In this document: positions 36,611-51,007 of the stretch, piece by piece
Numbering within the stretch: the stretch's first letter is position 1
Layout: each line of letters begins with the position of its first letter
From: Balanoglossus misakiensis
Lineage: Eukaryota; Animalia; Hemichordata
Assembly: GCA_040954595.2 (NCBI GenBank)
Contig: CM082590.2
Span: 2,852,001 to 2,916,000, forward strand
DNA: 64,000 nucleotides
Direction: 5' to 3'
Program-made: the position numbers and the translations under genes
The notes under the pieces: model-generated
Databases searched by the model: none
Told to the model about the DNA's origin: nothing
What the model saw: only the letters and a program-made list of their open reading frames with translations

Positions 36611-37567
36611 TGTGGCACAATGACCTTTCCATTTAGTGCCTTGTTCAGCTCTCAGTCAGGGTTTAAGCAAATATGGAAACATGCATATTAAGCTCTTTGA
36701 ATTTCCAAAAATTCAGTGTGTCAGCTCCCATTTCCCAAGACCAGTTCCCGTGCTAAATAAAAGTGCTGTGTGTGGCATAATCATTTTTCCGTCTGCTGTG
36801 ACATTTGTCTCCCTGTGAGAGTTTAAGTAAATGTGGAGACACGCAAATTAGGCAATCCCATATATCCCATACATAATTCAGTGTGTTTTGTTCACATTTT
36901 TGGTTTTTATTTTGAAAATGAACAAAGGAGTTTCCTATCATTGAGCAACTCACTCCATTAACAGTTGCTCGATATGCAGGCTAACTTGCTAGATCACTAA
37001 AGACTTAAAGCATGTTGAGGTTGGTGCCCCAAACCCTCTTGAAGACAACTGGTTGCTAACGATTGCCAATTAGGCAATTTGGATATTCTACACATAACAC
37101 AGTTTGTCAACTTTGAGAATACTGTTCTCAATACTATTTCCCATGCTTAATAGAAGTGTTGAGTAACAGTATGTGGTAGAATGGCATTCCTATACGTTGC
37201 CTTCTTTTGCTCATTATCACGGTTTCAGTAAATTTAGAGACACGCAAGTTTAGCAGCTTGAATTTCTCAAAACACAGTTTTGAGCTCCGAGAACACAGTT
37301 CTCATGAACATTTCCCTTGCTCCATAAAAGTGTTGTGTATGTCTTACAATGATCTTTCCATACGCTGCCTTGTATAGCTGCTGTTAATAATTCAAGTTAA
37401 TGTGGAGACGTATTAGGCAACATCAACGTCCCATACATAACACAGTTTGTAGGTATGAATACATCCAAAATACCCAACTTTAATTTTCCTTAAAGAATTG
37501 GTCAGCTCTGCAAATATATTTCACCTGACCACTTCCTTAGCTAAGTAAGAGTGTTGTTTATGTAATA

Positions 37568-38203
37568 TTATCATACATGCAACGCCTGTATTTAACACTT
37601 TCTATTGTTCTCGCCCCGAAGATATTTTACGGTATTTCACAATGTGAAAATATCGCGTCCACGTCTCGGCGTGACAGTTCACTGCGCGCGCGAGCGACAC
37701 ACGGGGCATAGTGGAGAGGGGTGTTGTAAAATTCGGTTATTAGAAGCTGTAATAAAGTTTTCAAAGCTGGCGGTTTTGTCATGTTGAATGCATCATTTTT
37801 AGTTCTTCGAAATTCTCAATGCAAAATAATTGTTAACATGATATTTTGAAAGAGAACGTAGACAATTTTATTTAGAATGTGGATGTGCCCATCGTAATGA
37901 AAGCTGCCAACCCCCTTAAAATGATACTACGGCCCACACGTCATACGTCACAACATGGCTACTGCCGTGATCCCAGCGCCCGGTTCAAATTTGAAATTGT
38001 TTTTCTCGGCGCATTTCTGCAAATCGTACTGTTTTATAGGTAGGCATGTATGATAAAGAGGTTATTACACGAATTTTGGTCGATAACGCGACGCATTCTC
38101 GTGATGTCTGTATTTTGACTCGTTGCGAAGCGCAACTCATCAAAATACGGACATCACTCGAATACGACGCGTTATCGACCAAAATTCGTGTAATAACCCC
38201 TAA
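37568..38203. mobile_element. Hairpin-ended non-autonomous element (~636 bp, possibly Crypton-like), no clear TSD
   Basis: It interrupts a duplicated unit whose empty version is at ~35555-35600. Terminal ~139-bp palindrome at 38060-38198 (centre gttgcg-aag-cgcaac). The left terminus ttatcatacatgc (37568-37580) is the exact inverse of gcatgtatgataa (38044-38056) just inside the hairpin. Confidence 0.7.
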
Positions 38204-38342
38204 ATATTAATATAATATTTATAACTTATGTAGCACATTAAATCTCAACATGCTTTAAAGTTGTCCCATGGTAATTTGACCTAGGTCGTTGGACCTTACT
38301 ATTCCATTCAACTCCCTGGGGAGCAAACAACATCTCACCATC

Positions 38343-41300
38343 ATTAGAAATGTCAAATTACAGTGCTTTTGGCCACGTATTAACCTGGGGATTTACAATC
38401 AACTTTAAATCCACATATGCACCATATTCCAATGTCAATGTGAAGGGCTTGAAATACCATCTACCCTGATGCATCATCAAGTTTGTTTCGACAACTTTAA
38501 ATCCCCTTCAGCAAGCATTTTATACCCATGTCAAAGTGCAGAGCTTGCATCACCATCTATCCTGATGCATCATCAAGCTGCTTCGCCATTTGCCCTGATG
38601 CAAAGAATCAGATATAGTGTCACCATTGCATTAGCAATGTCAAATTACAGTGCTTTTGGCCAGGCATTAACCTGGGGATTTACAATCAACTTTAAATCCC
38701 CATATGCACTATATTCCAATGTCAATGTGAAGGGCTTGAAATACCATCTACCCTGATGCATCATCAAGTTTGTTTCGACAACTTTAAATCCCCCTCAGCA
38801 AGCATTTTATACCCATGTCAAAGTGCAGAGCTTGCATCACCATCTATCCTGATGCATCATCAAGCTGCTTCGCCATTTGCCCTGATGCAAAGAATCAGAT
38901 ATAGTGTCACCATTGCATTAGCAATGTCAAATTACACTGCTTTTGGCCATGTATTAACATCGGGATTTATAATCAACTTGAAATCCCCATATGCTTTTTA
39001 TACCCATGTCAAAGCGAAGTGTTTGCATCACTATCTACAGTAATGCATCGTCAAGCATGCTTCGCCATTTGCCGTAATGCAAAGAATCAGATTCAATGTC
39101 ACCATTGCATTCGCAATGTCAAATTACTGTGCTTTTGGCCACATATTAACCTGGCGATTTACAGTCAACTTTAAACATCAGTGCATATGCATTAAATACA
39201 CATGTCAAAGTGCAGTGTCTCCATCACCATTGATCCTGATGCATCATCAAGCATGCTTCGTTATATGCCCTGGTGCAAAGAATCAGATTTAGTATCACAG
39301 TAGCATTAGCCATGTCAAATTACAGTGCTTTTGGCTATGTATTAACCTAGGGATTTACACTCAACTTTAAATCCCCATATGCATTATATGCCAATGTCAA
39401 TGTGAAGGGCTTGAAATACCATCTACCCTGATGCATCATCAAGTTTGTTTCGCCATTAACCCTGATGCAAATAATCAGTGTCACCATAGCATTAGCAATG
39501 TCAATTTACTGAGCGTTTGGCCATGTATTAACTTGGGGGTTTACAATCAACTTTAAATCCCCATATGCATTATATTGCAATGTTAACTTGAACGGCTTGA
39601 AACACCATCTATACTGATGCATCATCAAGCTTTCTTTACAATTTACCCTGATGCAAAGAATCAGATTTAGTGTCGCCATAGCATTAGCAATGGCAAATAA
39701 AAGTGTTTTCGGCCACATATTAACCCAGGGATTTATAATCAACTTGAAATCCCCATATGAATTTTATACCCATGTCAAAGCGAAGTGCTTGCATCAATAT
39801 CTACCGTGATGCATCATCAAGCTTGCTTCGCCATTTGCCCTAATGCAAAGAATCAGATTCAATGTCACTGTAGCATTAGCAATGTCAAATTACAGTTCGT
39901 TTGGCCGTATACTAACCTGGGGATTTACAATCAACTTTAAATCCCCATATGCATTATATTCTAATGTCAATGTGAAGGGCTTGAAACACCATCTATCCTG
40001 ATGCATCATCAAGCTTGCTTCACCATTTTCCCTGATGCAAAGAATCAGATTTAGTGTCACGGTAGCATTAGCAAATCCCCATATGCATTTAACACCCACG
40101 TCAAAGTGAAGTGTTTGCATCCCTATCTACCGTGATGCATCATCAAGCTTGCATCGCCATTTACCCTGATGCAAAGAATCAGATTCAATATCATCGTTGC
40201 ATTAGCAATGTCAAATTACAGTGCTTATGGCCACGTATTAACCTGGGAATTTACAGACAACTTTAAATACCCATGCATATGCATTAAATACCTATGTCAA
40301 AGTGCAGAGCTTGCATCACCATCTATCCTGATGCATCATCAAGCTGCTTCGCCATTTGCCCTGATGCAAAGAATCACATTCAATGTCACCATTGCATTAG
40401 CAATTTTAAATTACAGTGTTTTTGGCCATGTATTAACCTAGGGATTTGCAATTAACTTTAAATCCCCATATGCGTTATATTCCAATGTCAAGTGAAGGGC
40501 TTGAAACACCATCTATCCTGATGCATCATCAAGCTTGCTTCACAATTTACCCTGATGCAAAAAAATCACATTCAGCGTCACCATTTCATTAGCAATGTCA
40601 AATTACAGTGATTATGGCCACGTATTAACCTGGGGATTTACAGACAACATTAAATACCCATGCATATACATTAAATACCTATGTCAAAGTTCAGAGCTTG
40701 CATCACCATCTACTCTGATGCATCATCAAGCTTGCATCGCCATTCCCCCTAATGCAAAGAATCAGATTCAATGTCACCCTTGCATTAGCAATTTTAAATT
40801 ACAGTGCTTTTGGACATGTATTAACCTAGGGATTTTCAATCAACTTTAAATCCCCATATGCGTTATATTCCATTGTCAATGTGAAGGGCTTGAAACACCA
40901 TCTGTCCTGATGCATCATCAAGCTTGCTTCACAATTTACCCCGATGGAAAGAATCAGATTTAATGTCACGGTAGCATTAGCAATGTCAAACTACAGTGCT
41001 TATGGCCACGTATCAACCTGGGGATTTACAATCAACTTTAAATCCCCATATGCGTTATATTCCAATGTCAATGTGAAGGGCTTGAAATACCATCTACCCT
41101 GATCCATCATCAAGCTGCTTCCCCATTTGCCCTGATGCAAAGAATCAGATATAATGTCAACATGGCATTAGCAATGTCAAATTACAGTGCTTTTGGACAC
41201 GTATTAACACAGGGATTTATAATCTACTTGAAATCCCTATATGCTTTTTATACCCATGTCTAAGCGAAGTGTTTGCATCACTATCTACTGTGATGCATCA

Positions 41301-44300
41301 TCAAGCATGCTTCGCCATTTACGCTGATGCAAAGAATCAGATTCAATGTCACCATTGCATTAGCAATGTCAAATTACAGTGCTTTTGGCCATGTATAAAC
41401 ATCGGGATTTATTATCAACTTGAAATCCCCATATGCTTTTTATACCCATGTCAAAGCGAAGTGTTTGCATCACTATCTACAGTAATGCATCGTCAAGCAT
41501 GCTTCGCCATTTGCCCTAATGCAAAGAATCACATTAAATGTCACTGTTGCATTCGCAATGTCAAATTACTGTGCTTTTGGCCACGTATTAACCTGGCGAT
41601 TTACAGTCAACTTTAAATCCCCATATGCATTATATTCCAATGTCAATGTGAAGGGCTTGAAAAACCATCTACCCTGATGCATCATCAAGTTTGTTTCGCC
41701 ATTAACCCTGATGCAAATAATCAGTGTCACCATAGCATTAGCAATGGCAAATAAAAGTGCTTTCGGCCAAATATTAACCCAGGGATTTATAATCAACTTG
41801 AAATCCCCATATGAATTTTATACCTATGTCAAAGCGAAGTGCTTGCATCAATATCTACCGTGATGCATCATCAAGCTTGCTTCGCCATTTGCCCTAATGC
41901 AAAGAATCAGATTCAATGTCACTGTAGCATTAGCAATGTCAAATTACAGTTCGTTTGGCCGTTTACTAACCTGGGAATTTACAATCAACTTTAAATCCCC
42001 ATATGCATTATATTCTAATGTCAATGTGAAGGGCTTGAAACACCATCTATCCTGATGCATCATCAAGCTTGCTTCACCATTTTCCCTGATGCAAAGAATC
42101 AGATTTAGTATCACGGTAGCATTAGCAATGTCAAATTACAGTGCCTATGGCCACGTATTAACCTCGGGATGTACAGACAACTTTAAATACCCTTGCATAT
42201 ACATTTAATACCTATGTCAAAATGCAGAGCTTGCATCACCATATACTCCAATGCATTATTAAGCTTGCTTCACCATTTTCCCTGATGCAAAGAATCAGAT
42301 TAAATGTCACCGTTGTATTAGCAATGTCAAATTAAAGTGCTTTTGGACTTGTATTAACCCAGGGATTTACAGTCAACTTTTAATCCCCCTGTATACATTT
42401 TAAACCCCGGTGTCAAAGTTTAGTGATTGCATCACCATTGACCCTGGTGCATCATCAAGCATTCTTCAGAATTTGCCCTGATGCAAAGAATCAGATTCAA
42501 TGTCACCCTTGCATTAGCAATTTTAAATTACAGTGCTTTTGGACATGTATTAACCTAGGGATTTACAGTCAACATTAAATACCCATGCACATGCATTAAA
42601 TACCTATGTCAAAATGCATAGCTTGCATCACCATCTACTCCAATGCATCATTAAGCTTGCTTAGTCATTTCCCCTAATGGAAAGAATTACATTCAATGTC
42701 ACCATTTCATTAGCAATGTCAAATTACAGTGCTTTTGGATGCGTATTAACCCAAGGATTTGTAATCAACTTGAAATCCCCATATGCATTTAATACCCATG
42801 TCAAAGTGAACTGTTTGCATCACTATCTACCGTGATGCATCATCAAGCCTGCATCGCCATTTACCCTTATGCATAGAATCAGATTCAACGTCACCGTTGC
42901 ATTAGCAATGTCAAATAAAAGTGCTTTTGGCCATTATTAACCTAGGGATTTACAATCAACTTTAAATCCCCATATGCATTATATTCAAAAGTCAATGTGA
43001 AGGGCTTGGAACACCATCTATCCTGATGCATCATCACGTTTGCTTCACCATTTATCCATATTCAATGTCACCCTTGCATTAGTAATTTTAAATTACAGTG
43101 CTTTTGGCCATGTATTAACCTCGGGATTTAGAGTCAACTTTAAATATCAATGCGCATGCATTAAATACCCATGTCAAAGTGAAGTGTTTGCATCACTATC
43201 TACTGAGATGCATCATCAAGCTTGCATCGCCATTTACCCTGATGCAAAGACTCAGATTCAATATCATCGTTGCATTAGCAATGTCAAATTACAGTGCTTA
43301 TGGCCACGTATTAACCTGAGGATTTACAGTCAACATCAAATACCCATGCATATGCATTAAATACCTATGTCAAAGTGCAGAGCTTGCATCACCATCTACT
43401 CTGATGCACCATTAGGCTTGCTACGCCATTTCCCCTAATGCAAAGAATCACATTCAATGTCACCATTGCATTAGCAATTTTAAATTACAGTGCTTTTGGC
43501 CATGTATTAACCTGGGGATTTACAATCAACTTTAAATCCCCATATGCGTTATATTCCAATGTCAATGTGAAGGGCTTGAAACACCATCTATCATGATACA
43601 TCATCAAGCTTGCTTCACAATTTACCCTGATGCAAAGAATCAGATTTAGTATCACGGTAGCATTAGCAATGTCAAATTACAGTGATTATGGCCACGTATT
43701 AACCTGGGGATTTACAGACAACTTTAAATACCCATGCATATACATTTAATACCTATGTCAAAATGCAGAGCTTGCATCACCATATACTCCGATGCATTAT
43801 TAAGCTTGCTTCACCATTTGCCCTGATGCAAAGAATCAGTTTAAATGTCACCGTTGTATTATCAATGTCAAATTACGGTGCTTTTGGACTTGTATTAACC
43901 TGGGGATTTACAGTCAACTTTTAATCCCCCTGTATACATTTTAAACCCCGGTGTCAAAGTTTAGTGATTGCATCACCATTGACCCTGGTGCATCATCAAG
44001 CATTCTTCAGAATTTGCCCTGATGCAAAGAATCAGATTCAATATCACCCTTGCATTAGCAATTTTAAATTACAGTGCTTTTGGACATGTATTAACCTGGG
44101 GATTTACAGTCAACATTAAATACCCATGCATAGGCATTAAATACCTATGTCACAATGCATAGCTTACATCACCATCTACTCTGATGCACCATTATGCTCG
44201 CTACGCCATTTCCCCTAATGCAAAGAATGACATTCAATGTCACCATTGCATTTGCAATTGTAAATTACAGTGCTTTTGGCCATGTATTAACCTAGGGATT

Positions 44301-47300
44301 TTCAATCAACTTTAAATCCCCATATGCGTTATATTCCATTGTCAATGTGAAGGGCTTGAAACACCATCTGTCCTGATGCATCATCAAGCTTGCTTCACAA
44401 TTTACCCCGATGGAAAGAATCAGATTTAATGTCATGGTAGCATTAGCAATGTCAAACTACAGTGCTTATGGCCACGTATCAACCTGGGGATTTACAATCA
44501 ACTTTAAATCCCCATATGCGTTATATTCCAATGTCAATGTGAAGGGCTTGAAATACCATCTACCCTGATGCATCATCAAGTTTGTTTTGACAACTTTAAA
44601 TCCCCCTCAGCATGCATTTAATCCCCATGTCAAAGTGCAGAGCTTGCATCACCATCTATCCTGATGCATCATCAAGCTGCTTCGCCATTTGCCCTGATGC
44701 AAAGATATAGTGTCACCATTGCATAAGCAATGTCAAATTACAGTGCTTTTGGACACGTATTAACACAGGGATTTATAATCTATTTGAAATCCCTATATGC
44801 TTTTTATACCCATGTCTAAGCGAAGTGTTTGCATCACTATCTACTGTGATGCATCGTCAAGCATGCTCCGCCATTTGCCTTAATGCAAAGAATCAGATTA
44901 AATGTCACTGTTGCATTCGCAATGTCAAATTACTGTGCTTTTGGCCACGTATTAACCTGGCGATTTACAGTCAACTTTAAACATCTGTGCATATGCATTA
45001 AATACGCATGTCAAAGTGCAGTGTCTCCATCACCATTGATCCTGATGCATCACCAAGCATGCTTCGCTATATGCCCTGATGCAAAGAATCAGATTTAGTA
45101 TCACAGTAGCATTAGCCATGTCAAATTACAGTGCTTTTGGCTATGTATTAACCTGGGGATTTACAATCAACTTTAAATCCCCATATGCATTATATTCCAA
45201 TGTCAATGTGAAGGGCTTGAAATACCATCTACCCTGATGCATCATCAAGTTTGTTTCGCCATTAACCCTGATGCAAATAATCAGTGTCACCATAGCATCA
45301 GCAATGTCAAATTACTGAGCATTTGGCCATGTATTAACTTGCGGGTTTACAATCAACTTCAAATCCCCATATGCATTATATTGCAATGTGAACTTGAACG
45401 GCTTGAAACACCATCTATACTGATGCATCATCAAGCTTTCTTCACAATTTACCCTGATGCAAAGAATCAGATTTAGTGTCGCCATAGCATTAGCAATGGC
45501 AAATAAAAGTGCTTTCGGCCACATATTAACCCAGGGATTTATAATCAACTTGAAATCCCTATATGAATTTTATACCTATGTCAAAGCGAAGTGCTTGCAT
45601 CAATATCTACCGTGATGCATCATCAAGCTTGCTTCGCCATTTGCCCTAATGCAAAGAATCAGATTCAATGTCACTGTTGCATTAGCAATGTCAAATTATA
45701 GTGCGTTTGGCCGTATACTAACCTGGGGATTTACAATCAACTTTAAATCCCCATATGCATTATATTCTTATGTCAATGTGAAGGGCTTGAAACACCATCT
45801 ATCATGATGCATCATCAAGCTTGCTTCACCATTTTCCCTGATGCAAAAAATCAGATTTAGTGTCATGGTAGCATTAGCAAATCCCTATATGCATTTGATA
45901 CCCATGTCAAAGTGAAGTGTTTGCATCACTATCTACCGTGATGCATCATCAAGCTTGCATCGCCATTCACCCTTATGCAAAGAATCAGATTCAATGTCAC
46001 CGTTGCATTAGCAATGTCAAATTACAGTGCTTATGGCCACGTATTAACCTGAGGATTTACAGTCAACATTAAATACCCATGCATATCCATTAAATACCTA
46101 TGTCAAAGTGCAGAGCTTGCATCACCATTTACTCTGATGCACCATTAGGCTTGCTACGCCATTTCCCCTAATGCAAAGAATCACATTCAATGTCACCATT
46201 GCATTAGCAATTTTAAATTACAGTGTTTTTGGCCATGTATTAACCTATAGATTTGCAATTAACTTTAAATCCCCATATGCGTTATATTCCAATGTCAAGT
46301 GAAGGGCTTGAAACACCATCTATCCTGATGCATCATCAAGCTTGCTTCACAATTTACCCTGATGCAAAAAATCACATTCAGCGTCACCATTTCATTAGCA
46401 ATGTCAAATTACAGTGCTTATTGCCACGTATTAACCTGGGAATTTACAGACAACTTTAAATACCCATGCATATACATTAAATACCTATGTCAAAGTGCAG
46501 AGCTTGCATCACCATCTACTCTGATGCATCATTAGGTTTGCATCGCCATTCCCCATAATGCAAAGAATCAGATTCAATGTCACCCTTGCATTAGCAATTT
46601 TAAATTACAGTGCTTTTGGACATATATTAACCTGGGGATTTACAGTCGACATTAAATACCCATGCATATGCATTAAATATCTATGTCAAAGTGCAGAGCT
46701 TGCATCACCATCTACTCTGATGTACCATTATGCTTGCTACGCCATTTCCCCTAATGCAAAGAATGACATTCAATGTCACCATTGCATTTGCAATTTTAAA
46801 TTACAGTGCTTTTGGCCATGTATTAACCTAGGGATTTTCAATCAACTTTAAATCCCCATATGCGTTATATTCCATTGTCAATGTGAAGGGCTTGAAACAC
46901 CATCTGTCCTGATGCATCATCAAGCTTGCTTCACAATTTACCCCGATGGAAAGAATCAGATTTAATGTCACGGTAGCATTAGCAATGTCAATCTACAGTG
47001 CTTATGGCCACGTATCAACCTGGGGATTTACAATCAATTTTAAATCCCCATATGCGTTATATTCCAATGTCAATGTGAAGGGCTTGAAATACCTTCTACC
47101 CTGATGCATCATCAAGTTTGTTTTGACAACTTTAAATCCCCCTCAGCATGCATTTAATCCTCATGTCAAAGTGCAGAGCTTGCATCACCATCTATCCTGA
47201 TGCATCATCAAGCTGCTTCGCCATTAACCCTGATGCAAATAATCAGTGTCACCATAGCATTAGCAATGGCAAATAAAAGTGCTTTCGGCCACATATTAAC

Positions 47301-50246
47301 CCAGGGATTTATAATCAACTTGAAATCCCCATATTAATTATATACCTATGTCAAAGCGAAGTGCTTGCATCAATATCTACCGTGATGCATCATCAAGCTT
47401 GCTTCGCCATTTGCCCTAATGCAAAGAATCAGATTCAATGTCACTGTAGCTTTAGCAATGTCAAATTACAGTGCTTTTGGCCATACAATCAACTTTAAAT
47501 CCCCATGTGCGTTATATTCCAATGTCAATGTGAAGGGCTTGAAACACCATCTATCATGATACATCATCAAGCTTGCTTCACAATTTACCCTGATGCAAAG
47601 AATCAGATTTAGTATCACGGTAGCATTAGCAATGTCAAATTACAATGATTATGGCCACGTATTAACCTGGGGATTTACAGACAACTTTAAATACCCATGC
47701 ATATACATTTAATACCTATGTCAAAATGCAGAGCTTGCATCACCATATACTCCGATGCATCATTAAGCTTGCTTCACCATTTGCCCTGATGCAATGAATC
47801 AGATTAAATGTCACCGTTGTATTATCAATGTCAAATTACGGTGCTTTTGGACTTGTATTAACTCAGGGATTTACAGTAAACTTTTAATCCCCCTGTATAC
47901 ATTTTAAACCCTGGTGTCAAAGTTTAGTGATTGCATCACCATTGACCCCGGTGCATCATCAAGCATTCTTCAGAATTTGCCCTGATGCAAAGAATGAGAT
48001 TCAATATCACCCTTGCATTAGCAATTTTAAATTACAGTGCTTTTGGACATGTATTAACCTGGGGATTTACAGTCAACATTAAATACCCATGCACATGCAT
48101 TAAATACCCATGTCACAATGCATAGCTTGCATCACCACCTACACCAATGCATCATTAAGCTTGCTTAGCCATTTCCCCTAATGCAAAGAATTACATTCAA
48201 TGTCACCATTTCATTAGCAATGTCATATTACATTGCTTTTGGACGCGAATTAACCCAGGGATTTGTAATCAACTTGAAATCCCCATATGCATTTAATACC
48301 CATGTCAAAGTGAACTGTTTGCATCACTATCTACTGTGATACATCATCAAGCCTGTATCGCAATTTACCCTGATGCATAGGATCACATTCAATGTCACCG
48401 TTGCATTTGCAATGTCAACTAAAATTTCTTTTGGCCACGTATTAACCTAGGAATTTACAATCAACTTTAAATCCTCATATGCATAGTATTCCAATATCAA
48501 TGTGAAGGGCTTGAAACATCATCTATCCTGATGCATCATCAAGCTTGCTTCACCATTTTCCCTGATGCAAAGAATCAGATTTAGTATCACGGTAGCATTA
48601 GCAATGTCAAATTACAGTGCCTATGGCCACGTATTAACCTCGGGATTTACGGACAACTTTAAATACCCATGCATATACATTTAATACCTATGTCAAAGTG
48701 CAGAGCTTGCATCACCATTTACTCCGATGCATTATTAAGCTTGCTTCACCATTTTCCCTGATGCAAAGAATCAGATTAAATGTCACCGTTGTATTAGCAA
48801 TGTCAAATTAAAGTGCTTTTGGACTTGTATTAACCTGGGGATTTACAGTCAACTTTTAATCCCCCTGTATACATTTTAAACCCCGGTGTAAAAGTTTAGT
48901 GATTGCATCACCATTGACCCTGGTGCATCATCAAGCATTCTTCAGAATTTGCCCTGATGCAAAGAATCAGATTCAATGTCACCCTTGCATTAGCAATTTT
49001 AAATTACAGTGCTTTTGGACATGTATTAACCTAGGGATTTACAGTCAACATTAAATACCCATGCACATGCATTAAATACCTATGTCAAAATGCATAGCTT
49101 GCATCACCATCTACTCCAATGCATCATTAAACTTTTAGCCATTTCCCCTAATGCAAAGAATTACATTCAATGTCACCATTTCATTAGCAATGTCAAACTA
49201 CAGTGCTTTTGGATGCGTATTAACCCAGGGATTTGTAATCAACTTGAAATCCCCATATGCATTTAATACCCATGTCAGAGTGAACTGTTTGCATCACTAT
49301 CTACCGTGATGCATCATCAAGCCTGTATCGCCATTTACCCTGATGCATAGAATCAGATTCAATGTCACCGTTGCATTAGCAATGTCAAATAAAAGTGCTT
49401 TTGGCCATGTATTAACCTAGGGATTTACAATCAACTTTAAATCCCCATATGCATTATATTCAAAAGTCAATGTGAAGGGCTTCAAACACCATCTATCCTG
49501 ATGCATCATCACGTTTGCTTCACCATTTATCCATATTCAATGTCACGCTTGCATTAGTAATTTTAAATTACAGTGCTTTTTGCCATGTATTAACCTTGGG
49601 ATTTAGAGTCAACTTTAAATATCAATGCGCATGCATTAAATACCCATGTCAAAGTGAAGTGTTTGCATCACTATCTACCGGGATGCATCATCAAGCTTGC
49701 ATCGCCATTTACCTTGATGCAAAGAATCAGATTCAATATCATCGTTGCATTAGCAATGTCAAATTACAGTGCTTATGGCCACGTATTAACCTGAGGATAT
49801 ACAATCAACTTTAAATCCCCATATGCGTTATATTCCAATGTCAATGTGAAGGGCTTGAAACACCATCTATCATGATGCATCATCAAGCTTGCTTCACAAT
49901 TTACCCTGATGCAAGAATCAGATTTAGTGTCACGGTAGCATTAGCAATGTCAAATTACAGTGCTTTTGGCCACGTATTAACCTGGGGATTTACAGTCAAC
50001 ATTAAATACCCATGCACATGCATTAAATACCTATGTCAAAGTGAAGTGTTTGCATCACTATCTACCTGGCTGCATCATCAAGCTTGCATCGCCATTCCCC
50101 CTAATGCAAAGAATCAGATTCAATGTCATCGTTGCATTAGCAATGTCAAATAAAATTGCTTTTGGACACGTATTAACCCAGGGATTTCAGTCAACTTTTA
50201 GTATCCCTGTATGCATTTTAAACCCCGGTGTCAACGTTTAGTGATT
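38343..50246. repeat. Satellite array 2, ~186-197-bp divergent monomers with multi-kb higher-order structure
   Basis: Tandem aatgtcaaattacagtgcttttggccacgtattaacctggggatttacaatcaactttaaatccccatatgc...gatgcatcatcaagcttgcttc...gatgcaaagaatcagattcaatgtcacc..tgcattagc. Measured spacings are 186, 192 and 196 bp. Variant monomers recur at 5806-bp and 6475-bp offsets. Confidence 0.96.
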
Positions 50247-51007
50247 AACTTCTTTGCTATTTAAACATTACATTTTGAGTAAAAGGGGTGAAATGGGATT
50301 AAAGTTTATAGTGACATATCGAAAAGAATCTATTTCAATTCGTTCATTTCTGAAATCATATCGAAAAGAATCTATTTCAATTCGTTCATATCTGAAATAT
50401 GATAATACGAATATGCATGTTTTATTCGCCATATATGAACACCAATGAAAAGTTATGTTTCCAGCTTAGGTATCGATGGATTTGAACCACCTGACATCAG
50501 AAGACGCCTCCAGAATACCTTTAAATTGGTTGCATAATTTTCATGTGAATGTTCATAATATAGCGAGTGATTAATCCCTAATTTATTGTTTTGGGGGGGT
50601 GGGGGTGGGGGGGGGGGGGAGTTCAAGTAGCATATCTTGCAGGCCAATTTGAAACAATGTGTCATGTGGTTAAACTGAAAGAAATTAACCAATATAGTTT
50701 CAGCTCTTTTTGAAACAAGGTGTCATTTGGTTGAACAATGGGCCAGTCAAAATAGCATCTGCTAATTATGCACACAATAGTGTGATGGGTTAGTGGGTTA
50801 AGTTTACTTTTACCTTAGCGTTATATAACACACTATCGTGTACATAATCTCGCAGAGCTCATTCACAATTGTTTTAAAATAAAGCAAGATAACTACATGT
50901 ATGATAACACACATCTAATTTACGCGCCTAAAGGGCAGTTAAAAAACCTCATACCAATTACAAAAGAGGGAAAAAAAACTGTCCTCTCCTCCTCTCACCC
51001 CATGATC

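Larger units (their letters stand above)
35060..38345. repeat. Patchwork of degenerate local duplications
   Basis: Recurring blocks: aattggtcagct.tgc.aatat..ttcacctgaccacttcctt.gctaag.aagagtgtt (~35493, ~36199, ~37496), aataaaagtg.tgtgtgt...tttttccgt.tgctgtgacatttgtctcc (35257, 36757) and cataacacagtttgt (several). Confidence 0.75.

Noticed and set aside
38469-50241. ORFs within satellite 2
   Set aside because: They are chance open frames in the tandem monomer, interrupted at variable positions between copies.
50593-50619. G-rich run with G-quadruplex potential
   Set aside because: It is an isolated homopolymer-like tract with no supporting context, and such tracts are common in these genomes.
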